Assembly: GCA_015055665.1 (NCBI GenBank)
Contig: SVHX01000005.1
Coordinates: forward strand, 6,896-70,895
Origin: Clostridiales bacterium
Lineage (GTDB): Bacteria > Bacillota > Clostridia > Christensenellales > UBA1242
Direction: 5' to 3'
DNA length: 64,000 nucleotides
Within the stretch, counting starts at the first letter, position 1. Each line of letters starts with the position of its first letter. The notes under the pieces are model-generated. The model was not told where the DNA came from. It saw only the letters and a list, made by a program, of their open reading frames with translations, and made no database searches. Below, piece after piece: positions 37,946 to 44,730 of the stretch. The translations under genes were made by a program, and so were the position numbers.

Positions 37946-37975
37946 AAAAGCACAGCGTTTCGCTGTGCTTTTTTG
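37946..37975 (+). terminator. rho-independent terminator of aspS (second copy of the AGCACAGCG hairpin)
   Basis: The sequence is AAAAGCACAGCG-TTT-CGCTGTGCTTTTTT. Confidence 0.75.
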
Positions 37976-38173
37976 TGCTGATAGTGTGTCGTACGAGCTT
38001 TATATATTGTGAGCCTTATAGTTAAACATACTACTTCGCAATAGATTATTACAGGATAATCTTAATATAATGGCTAATTTTCAGTATTCCATTTCAAATT
38101 AGTTGTCAAAAAATTACCAGTATGCTAAAATGTTCGTGATTAGATCATGAAACTTAATAAAAGGAGTGTTTGT

Positions 38174-39067
38174 ATGCAAAACAACAAAATTTTAGATATT
38201 TTCTACGGGGAAAATGCTAGTCTTTATAGTTCAATCCAGAAAGATGTAGAAGGTAGTTATTCTCATAGATTGATTTTCAATCCTCCGCATTATTTGGAGA
38301 ATGAAGAAGGTTTTGATAAATTGTCAATTATAGAGATCGGGGGAGAAAAAATTGCTGTTGCCGAATATGCAGGTTTTCAACTTTTGGTTACTAAAAACTC
38401 AGTTGTTGAAATGAGAATTACGGATAATGATAAGTCATTTATCCAAAGAGTATTTGATCCAACATTAAGAACAATTACTTCTTTTAGTATAGATGAACGC
38501 TTAAATGAAGATGGCGGTAAGATGGTTAATGTAGATATATCGAAATATCTTGTATGCAGAGATGGCAATGTTGACACATCTACTTTCGCTGTAGACTTGC
38601 AGCCGCAGCCCGACTTTTGGGAAAACATCAACCTAAGAACTTTCTCGAGCAAAGAATTAATTGATTTTTGTATAAATAATTCAACACAGACTTCTAGTAA
38701 TGATGCAGTATCATCTTTTACAATTTCATCAAACAATGAGACAATTACTCTTACAGAAGATAAGTACACGCATCATGCTTCATATGATAAATTTAAACTT
38801 TCAGATTTTGTTAATCCAAAACTTAAACAAGAGTATACACAGGTAAAATTTGATTCTAAAAATGGTAGCCTTGGAGAACAAATCCAATGGTTCGAAACTA
38901 ATTATAAAAACAAAGTTACTGATTCAAATTTTACTGATATATATGACATGTTCAAAACTTTATCACCACATTTAAGGCAAAAACAACAATCGCAGTTTCT
39001 TGGCGACAATTTGTCTGAATTAATGGATTCTAGCAAGATAATTTCCAACGAACATGAAATAAGGTAG
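38174..39067 (+). CDS. hypothetical protein (first of a coupled pair)
   Basis: The start was taken at the ATG at 38174, preceded by AAGGAG. The promoter is TTGTCA-N17-(TGc)TAAAAT, about 45 nt upstream. The 297-aa product has no recognised motifs. Confidence 0.6.
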   Translation: MQNNKILDIFYGENASLYSSIQKDVEGSYSHRLIFNPPHYLENEEGFDKLSIIEIGGEKIAVAEYAGFQLLVTKNSVVEMRITDNDKSFIQRVFDPTLRTITSFSIDERLNEDGGKMVNVDISKYLVCRDGNVDTSTFAVDLQPQPDFWENINLRTFSSKELIDFCINNSTQTSSNDAVSSFTISSNNETITLTEDKYTHHASYDKFKLSDFVNPKLKQEYTQVKFDSKNGSLGEQIQWFETNYKNKVTDSNFTDIYDMFKTLSPHLRQKQQSQFLGDNLSELMDSSKIISNEHEIR

Positions 39068-39073
39068 GCATTT

Positions 39074-39712
39074 ATGATTATTGATGTGGATTTTCAAGAG
39101 GCTGGAATAAATAATGTTGTTGCATACTCTGGCAAAGATATTACTGATGATTTAATTTATAGATGTTTTAAACTAGACAATGTATTCTACAAACAGGACT
39201 TTCAATGGAATACATTTGGGATTGAGAATATTATCAAAAAATATCCTCAGATGTGTTTTATCTTTATCGACAAAGATAAGAAAAATATAGTTGGATATAG
39301 TTACTGGCTTCCGATAAAAACAGAGGTATTCCAGCAATTCATTGACAACAAGACTGCACTTTTGGATATCAAAGAAGAGTATTGTACAGGGTACAATAGT
39401 TCTAATATCAACCTTTTCCTTGGTGGCGAGGCATTTGTTCCTGGATACGACCTAAATAACTTACATTTGGCTATAGAAAATATTTTTCAATATCATATTC
39501 TTTGTCTAGCACAAAAAAATATAAAAATAAACCTTGTAGCCTTTGATTCAGTGTGTCAATATGATGAAGAGTTTCTTGTTAAGAGAACTAACGTAAAAAA
39601 TTGCATAGATAAATCTAATTGCAAATTTTACTACGACAAATACGATCCAAGGACTTTTTATAATCAATCAAAATATTGTAATGAATTAATTAAGTATTAT
39701 ACACAAGAATAA
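39074..39712 (+). CDS. hypothetical protein (second of a coupled pair), weakly acyltransferase-fold-like
   Basis: There is a 6-nt gap after the previous stop. The product is 212 aa, and IVGYSYWLPIK...NLFLGGEAFVPGY is only vaguely GNAT-like. Confidence 0.55.
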   Translation: MIIDVDFQEAGINNVVAYSGKDITDDLIYRCFKLDNVFYKQDFQWNTFGIENIIKKYPQMCFIFIDKDKKNIVGYSYWLPIKTEVFQQFIDNKTALLDIKEEYCTGYNSSNINLFLGGEAFVPGYDLNNLHLAIENIFQYHILCLAQKNIKINLVAFDSVCQYDEEFLVKRTNVKNCIDKSNCKFYYDKYDPRTFYNQSKYCNELIKYYTQE

Positions 39713-39812
39713 TTTGCTTAATATATTTTTTGCTCATTATAAAAACACACAATAAAGTGTGTTAATTATTGGTGGACATAACCTAACCTCAACCGAACCA
39801 AAATAAAGAGGT

Positions 39813-40022
39813 TTACTTTTCGAGTGTTTCAGAAATGTTTGTAGTACTTATTAGATTTTTTTCAAGTGTATTTTGGGCAATATTTAAATTGTTTATTGAC
39901 TCAATTAGGTTGACTAATTGTTCAAGATTTTTTGAGCAAACACCTGAATTATAAACATTCATAAGTCTTGAGTGAGATATTTTTATTAATTCTAATGTAT
40001 CAAGTAATTCTTTTTGTTCCAT
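39813..40022 (-). CDS. small helical hypothetical protein (69 aa)
   Basis: The start was taken at the ATG at 40022, preceded by AGGAGG. The listed longer ORF begins inside the -10 box. Confidence 0.5.
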   Translation of the reverse strand: MEQKELLDTLELIKISHSRLMNVYNSGVCSKNLEQLVNLIESINNLNIAQNTLEKNLISTTNISETLEK

Positions 40023-40045
40023 AACAAACCTCCTAGATTTTTTTG

Positions 40046-40074
40046 AGTATAGCATACACAAAAATAAATTTCAA
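40046..40074 (-). promoter_or_regulatory. sigma-A type promoter of the 69-aa gene
   Basis: On the minus strand the element reads TTGAAA-N17-TATACT with an extended TGc. It shares the 13-mer TATGCTATACTCA with the promoters at 34729-34741 and 51568-51580. Confidence 0.55.
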
Positions 40075-40123
40075 GATGCAAAATAAAAAAATCAACCAAA
40101 TTTGTGGGTTCGGTTGATTATCA

Positions 40124-40146
40124 TTTGGTGGACGTGGCGGGAGTTG
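40124..40146 (-). repeat. displaced copy of the tmRNA 3' end (T-loop to CCA)
   Basis: The + strand reads TTGGTGGACGTGGCGGGGGAGTTG... The copy at 40124-40146 matches 40295-40316 apart from one extra G. It is followed on the minus strand by its own hairpin ATCAACC/GGTTGAT (40090-40117) and a T-run. Confidence 0.8.
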
Positions 40147-40262
40147 CATTAAGACTACTCGGGGAGTAGGCGTCAATTGTCGATGAAATCGACTACAAAG
40201 CGGAAGCGGGTTCGTGAGCAAAGCTCACAATGTGCGAAAAGCACATAAACTCCGCCAGCCAT

Positions 40263-40289
40263 AAAAAAAGCACACCAAAATGGTGTGCT
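40263..40289 (-). terminator. rho-independent terminator of ssrA
   Basis: On the minus strand AGCACACC-ATTT-TGGTGTGCT is followed by TTTTTTT. It begins 7 nt after the CCA end. Confidence 0.75.
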
Positions 40290-40295
40290 AATTAT

Positions 40296-40658
40296 TGGTG
40301 GACGTGGCGGGAGTTGAACCCGCGTCCGCACGCTCCGCTCTTACCTTTCTACATAATTAGTTATTTTTTGAAAATAAAAACATTATATAACCAATAACAA
40401 AAATTCTAATGTTTTACATGTGATAGTAGACTACGATATCACTCACATGTTGATGATAGGGTAGTCCGTTGTCTAAGTTGATGCCTCGAATCTAATCGGC
40501 AACGAAATTAGCCAAGACATGCTTCCTGCGAGTTCTTACGCAGCGTAAGCAAGAACAGAATTGTCTTCTGCATTTAAATTTAAGTTTAACCTATAACGCG
40601 GTAATCCGTTATGCTTGAGTAAGCTCGTCAAGCGTGTGTCGAATCCATAAACACGCCC
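40296..40658 (-). ncRNA. ssrA: tmRNA (SsrA), 363 nt
   Basis: The 5' end GGGCGTG pairs with the 3' end CACGTCC-A-CCA, including the G3:U70 alanine identity pair. GGATTCGACA is present at the 5' side and the T-arm is GCGGGTTCAACTCCCGC. The tag ORF GCA GAA GAC AAT TCT GTT CTT GCT TAC GCT GCG TAA (40571 to 40536) encodes AEDNSVLAYAA. The gene lies next to smpB. Confidence 0.9.
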
Positions 40659-40674
40659 GTATACTATAGATATA

Positions 40675-41124
40675 TTATCTATAATTTTTTAGTTGTCGTT
40701 GGGTGTCGCGTGCGATATCTCTTTCGGCAAGTGTTGCTTTTTTGTCGTAGGTATGTTTACCTTTTGCAATAGCTATTTCAAGCTTGACAAGGCCATCTTT
40801 TAGGTAAACTTTAAGAGGTATGCAAGTAAAACCTTTTTCTCTAACTTTAGCCATAATTTTTTTGATTTCTTGTTTGTTGAGAAGTAGCTTACGGGTACGC
40901 TTCTCGTCTAGCACATCTATAGTCGAATCTTTGTAGGTTGTGATATGCATATTCTTGATATAGCATTCGTTGTGTCGGTCAAATGTGATGAAAGCATCTG
41001 TTAGGTTGGTGTGTCCTAATCGGATAGATTTGACTTCACTGCCTTTAAGAACAATTCCGGCTTCGAAAGTGTCGTTGATGTAATATTCAAATGTAGCTTT
41101 GCGATTAGTTGCAATTGTTTTCAC
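40675..41124 (-). CDS. smpB: SsrA-binding protein SmpB
   Basis: The 149-aa protein has IATNRKATFEYYI...EAGIVLKGSEVKSIR and a basic C-terminal tail. Confidence 0.95.
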   Translation of the reverse strand: MKTIATNRKATFEYYINDTFEAGIVLKGSEVKSIRLGHTNLTDAFITFDRHNECYIKNMHITTYKDSTIDVLDEKRTRKLLLNKQEIKKIMAKVREKGFTCIPLKVYLKDGLVKLEIAIAKGKHTYDKKATLAERDIARDTQRQLKNYR

Positions 41125-41440
41125 TTTCGACCTCCCATTGACATATAGATTTTAACATATTTAAAAGCAATTTACAATATTTATATTGAGAAATTTTGCG
41201 GTTTTTCATGAAAATTTACACAATAAGTCCATTAATAACAAAAAATTTTCATGATTTTACCCCAAAATATAGAGTTTTTTTGAAAAAATTTTATTTTTTT
41301 TGAAAAAAATTGCAAAAACATCTTTAAATTTTATTTGGAATAGTGTATAATGGTTATAACCAAATATTGCGTGCGTGCCCGCGTTGGTGGAACAAAGGAT
41401 CGGGTATTTGTGCAAAAAAATATATAGAGAGGGGTTTATT

Positions 41441-43363
41441 ATGGGAACATTTTTAGAAATTATACTTGATATTCTTGCAATCTTAGTAATTATTGTAGTT
41501 GGCTCAATTGTTGTAGTTGTTGTTGCTGACTTAATCCTTAAGCTAATTGATGGTGGAAGGAAGAGCAAAGATGATGGCGAGGCGTCTGTTGCTCGTGTAG
41601 TAAAAGATGATGACATTGTCGTATATTCTAACCAATCTAATCCTAACGAAAACAATATCCAAACAAAGAAGGAGACTGCTATTGACGGGGATAAGATTGA
41701 GGAAATCGATTATGACAAGGCTATCGAAGAGCAGAAGGCACTACAAAGCAAGAAAAATGTAGGGGCACAAGCTGTATCTTCGCCAGCACCTGCGTCGGAG
41801 CCAGTTAAGTCACAGAAGCCAGTAGAGAAGGCTCCTGCAAATGATGATATTTTCTGGGATGATGATGAAGACGAGGAATTTAATAAGATCCTTGATGAAG
41901 TTATTGCAGAAGCTAAAAAGGCTGGAGAGGAAAAGACTGTTAAGCCTAAAGTAGAAGAGAAGAAACCTGAGCCTAAGGCTGAGTCAAAACCAGAAAAATC
42001 TGGTATTAGTGAGGAAACTCAAAAAGAACTAGATGAATTAAAAGAACTTAAAGCTCAACAACAAAAAGAAATCGAAGAGTTTAAGCAGATTAAAGAAGAC
42101 TTTGCTCGTGAGAAGGAAGAGCAACTTGCTCTATACAAAGAGAATCTTAACAAGACTCAAGAGGAAGAAATTGAGAAGTTAAGACAAGAAGCTCTTAAAG
42201 AACAAGAGAAGCTAGAAGATCTTAAAGCAGAACTTGAAGAAGAGCGTAGACAACTTGCTGAAGAAAAAGAAAGACTTAAAGAAGAAGAAAAGCTAAGAAA
42301 AGAGCAAGAGAAGGAAAATCTTGAGAGGGCGAAAGCTAGCCTAGAGGAAGAAAACGCTGGTTTAGAAGATGAAAATGCTGACCTTGAGAAAGAGAAAGCA
42401 AGATTAGAAGAAGAAAATGCTAGACTAAAAGAAGATGTAAAGAGAAAGCAAGATCAGATCGAGGAGATCTCTGACCAAGAGCCTATTATCAAAGAAACTA
42501 TTATTAAAGATGAAGAAGAGATTAATAAACTTAAGTATAAGAATCTAATGAGGATGAATAATCGATTAACAAGAATCATTAGAGATACAGAAAGACTTCA
42601 GAATCAAAAACAAAAAGAGCAGGCTAAGGCAGAAGAAGAAAGGCAAAGAGTTCTTGCTAGACAAGAGCTTGAAAGACAGAAGGAACTAGAAAGACAAATC
42701 GAACTTGATAATATCGAGAAAGAGCGTATTGCTAGAGAACAAGCAGCCGAAGAAAAGAGAAAAGAAATAGAGCGTAAGCTAGAAGAAGCTAGCAAAAAAG
42801 CTGGTAAGTATAAACTAGATAGCAAAGTTGTAAGACTTAATAAAACTCAAACTGTGGATACTGAAACAGGTGAGGTAAGAGAAGTTGTTGTAGAGCCAAT
42901 TGCTGCTCCAGTTAAGTCTTCGGCTAAGCCTATGTTTGACAAAGAGTATTATGAGGCAAGACTTGTAGAACTTGAAGAAGAACTAAGATTAACAGAGAAA
43001 GAACTAAGAATCAATAAGTCCGAATATATTCCGCTAACCAGGATATATAAGGCATATGCTCGTGACGGCGAGAAGCTTAGAAAGAAGGAAATGCAGGTTG
43101 CTAAACAAAAAGTAGCATTATATGGTGTTAATTCTAAAAATGTTGATCCTGCTAAAAAGCAAAAGTTGGATGAGAATTTGCAAGCATTGGCAGAACTAAA
43201 AGATAGCGTACAACATTGCGAAGAGGTTATTAGAAAGAATAAGGATAGATATCCAATTCTTGAGAAAAACAACCAACTAATCAACAGACAATTAGACAAA
43301 ATCAATGATGATATCAAGGTTTGTAACAAAGCTTTAGAGTACTATAAGAAAAATAGTAAATAA
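41441..43363 (+). CDS. N-terminally membrane-anchored, extremely Glu/Lys-rich coiled-coil protein (640 aa)
   Basis: The start was taken at the ATG at 41441 (RBS GAGAGGGG). There is a single TM helix (ILDILAILVIIVVGSIVVVVVADLIL), followed by ~550 aa of E/K/A/Q heptad-like sequence. Confidence 0.75.
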   Translation: MGTFLEIILDILAILVIIVVGSIVVVVVADLILKLIDGGRKSKDDGEASVARVVKDDDIVVYSNQSNPNENNIQTKKETAIDGDKIEEIDYDKAIEEQKALQSKKNVGAQAVSSPAPASEPVKSQKPVEKAPANDDIFWDDDEDEEFNKILDEVIAEAKKAGEEKTVKPKVEEKKPEPKAESKPEKSGISEETQKELDELKELKAQQQKEIEEFKQIKEDFAREKEEQLALYKENLNKTQEEEIEKLRQEALKEQEKLEDLKAELEEERRQLAEEKERLKEEEKLRKEQEKENLERAKASLEEENAGLEDENADLEKEKARLEEENARLKEDVKRKQDQIEEISDQEPIIKETIIKDEEEINKLKYKNLMRMNNRLTRIIRDTERLQNQKQKEQAKAEEERQRVLARQELERQKELERQIELDNIEKERIAREQAAEEKRKEIERKLEEASKKAGKYKLDSKVVRLNKTQTVDTETGEVREVVVEPIAAPVKSSAKPMFDKEYYEARLVELEEELRLTEKELRINKSEYIPLTRIYKAYARDGEKLRKKEMQVAKQKVALYGVNSKNVDPAKKQKLDENLQALAELKDSVQHCEEVIRKNKDRYPILEKNNQLINRQLDKINDDIKVCNKALEYYKKNSK

Positions 43364-43374
43364 TTAAGAAAAAA

Positions 43375-43419
43375 AGAAGTGATAAGATAATTAGTTATCT
43401 ATGGTCACTTCTTTTTTTT
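43375..43419 (+). terminator. rho-independent terminator
   Basis: The AGAAGTGA...TCACTTCT stem has an internal AAGATAA/TTATCT extension and is followed by TTTTTTTT. Confidence 0.7.
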
Positions 43420-43488
43420 CGTTGAAATATAATATATTAAGCCATAAAGTATTAATTTGCAGAGTAGTGGATTTGGTGGTTAAAAGCA

Positions 43489-43767
43489 AAAAAAATACTG
43501 TGCAACTATCGTCGTTGGTGCATTAGATAAGTATTCTAATAATCCGCTACTTCAAAGCTACCTTATGGCACACACCTAAGATCCACTTAATGCTGCTTCA
43601 TTCCTGACCTGACATGGTTCGTGGCAAGATGTTGCATAAGACCTTGATATCAACACTTCAATATTATAATATCTTAAATAATACAGTGACACCTCGGATA
43701 GTAGTTCCGCTCCGCATATAGTTGGTTTCGGATATAGGGCACAACTAACTCCCCGCCTAGCACAGTA
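43489..43767 (-). ncRNA. ffs: signal recognition particle RNA, long Bacillus type with Alu domain
   Basis: The minus strand carries GTGCTAGGCGGGGAG...GTGCCC (the 5' Alu-domain motif). The domain IV motif CCATGTCAGGTCAGGAATGAAGCAGCA lies at 43591-43617. The 5' ACTGTGC pairs with the 3' GCACAGT, which is followed by a T-run. The promoter TTGCAA-N17-TATAAT is at 43773-43801. Confidence 0.88.
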
Positions 43768-43930
43768 TAAGTATTATAGCACTAAAGTTATATTTTTGCA
43801 AGGTATTTAATCATTTTAGTTGCGGAAAAATTGTATATTATGTTAAAATCTAATTGTATTACTTATAATGTAGCATATATTATATTTCAAATATGTGCTA
43901 TATACACAAAATAACGAGAGAGGGGGAAAT

Positions 43931-44659
43931 ATGTTTTCGGATAATGCCAATAGATTCATAAGTGCGTATAATTTGATTGATCAGTCTTTGAGGAGTCAGT
44001 ACGACCTTAGCAAAAGCATTAGTTATACAGAGGCTATTAGAAAGAGTGCTAGGATGAACGCACTTGTTAAGAAATACGAAGATAAGTTAATTGATTATGG
44101 TAGGTTAAGAAATGCTATCGTGCACTCATTTAACGAGGATCTTGTAATTGCCGAGCCTCATCTTGAGGTTGTAGAGGAGTATGAGCAAATTGCAAAAACT
44201 ATCTGCACTCCGCCACTTGCAATAGATACAGTTATTAATAGGGATGTTAAGACTATTACTCATGACACACTACTATGTGATGTTATGGAAAAGATCTACA
44301 AAACGGGCAATAGTAACTTCCCAGTATACAAAGAAGGCATGCTAATTGGTGTAGCTAACTCTAGGAAGCTAGTTAAGGAAATTGGTAAAAAGATATACGA
44401 AAAGAAGGATCTTGATGAGTATGTCAATTCGACTTGTATAGAAGATGCAATTAACGAATTCGGTCAAGACCCATATTATACTCTTGTTAATAAAGAGGTA
44501 ACATTAGATAAGATATTAAATTACTTCTCTGAGAATAGAAAATTATCCCTAATTGTTATAACAGAAACTGGTAGTTTGCTAGAGCAACCTATAGGCGTTG
44601 TTGCAATTGGCGATATAATGGATGTTAACAAGAAACTTGATAATTACAAGACAAATTAA
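43931..44659 (+). CDS. protein with N-terminal HEPN-like (Rx4H) helical domain and a C-terminal CBS pair
   Basis: The start was taken at the ATG at 43931 (RBS GAGGGGG). The motif is YGRLRNAIVHS (R-x4-H). Two CBS-like repeats follow (VKTITHDTLLCDVMEKI...IGV and LSLIVITETGSLLEQPIGVVAIGDIM). Confidence 0.7.
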   Translation: MFSDNANRFISAYNLIDQSLRSQYDLSKSISYTEAIRKSARMNALVKKYEDKLIDYGRLRNAIVHSFNEDLVIAEPHLEVVEEYEQIAKTICTPPLAIDTVINRDVKTITHDTLLCDVMEKIYKTGNSNFPVYKEGMLIGVANSRKLVKEIGKKIYEKKDLDEYVNSTCIEDAINEFGQDPYYTLVNKEVTLDKILNYFSENRKLSLIVITETGSLLEQPIGVVAIGDIMDVNKKLDNYKTN

Positions 44660-44730
44660 TATCTAAGTGGTGCAAGTAAATTTTGACAATAACACTTGAC
44701 AATGATATACATTTGATATACAATATAATC

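Noticed and set aside
40033-40221. A 62-aa minus-strand ORF spans the displaced tmRNA end and the hairpin block.
   Set aside because: It starts inside non-coding structured DNA and has no RBS. It is Pro/Leu-rich and runs through a promoter and an att-like repeat, so the region is better explained as RNA or relic sequence.
22010-40295. I searched the variable region for an integrase, transposase, IS inverted repeats, phage structural genes or a CRISPR array.
   Set aside because: No ORF shows tyrosine or serine recombinase or DDE motifs recognisable by eye, and there are no IS-like terminal inverted repeats or repeat-spacer arrays. Mobility is inferred only from the duplicated RNA-gene ends.
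41385-41394. TTGGTGGAAC in the 5' UTR of the coiled-coil protein gene resembles the TTGGTGGAC att-like core.
   Set aside because: It carries a 1-nt insertion and lies on the far side of smpB from the tmRNA 3' end. It has no second half-motif and no terminator module.
41257-41655. A 132-aa minus-strand ORF overlaps the promoter and 5' end of the coiled-coil protein gene.
   Set aside because: It is antisense to a well-supported start region and covers an AT-rich intergenic promoter zone. It has no RBS.
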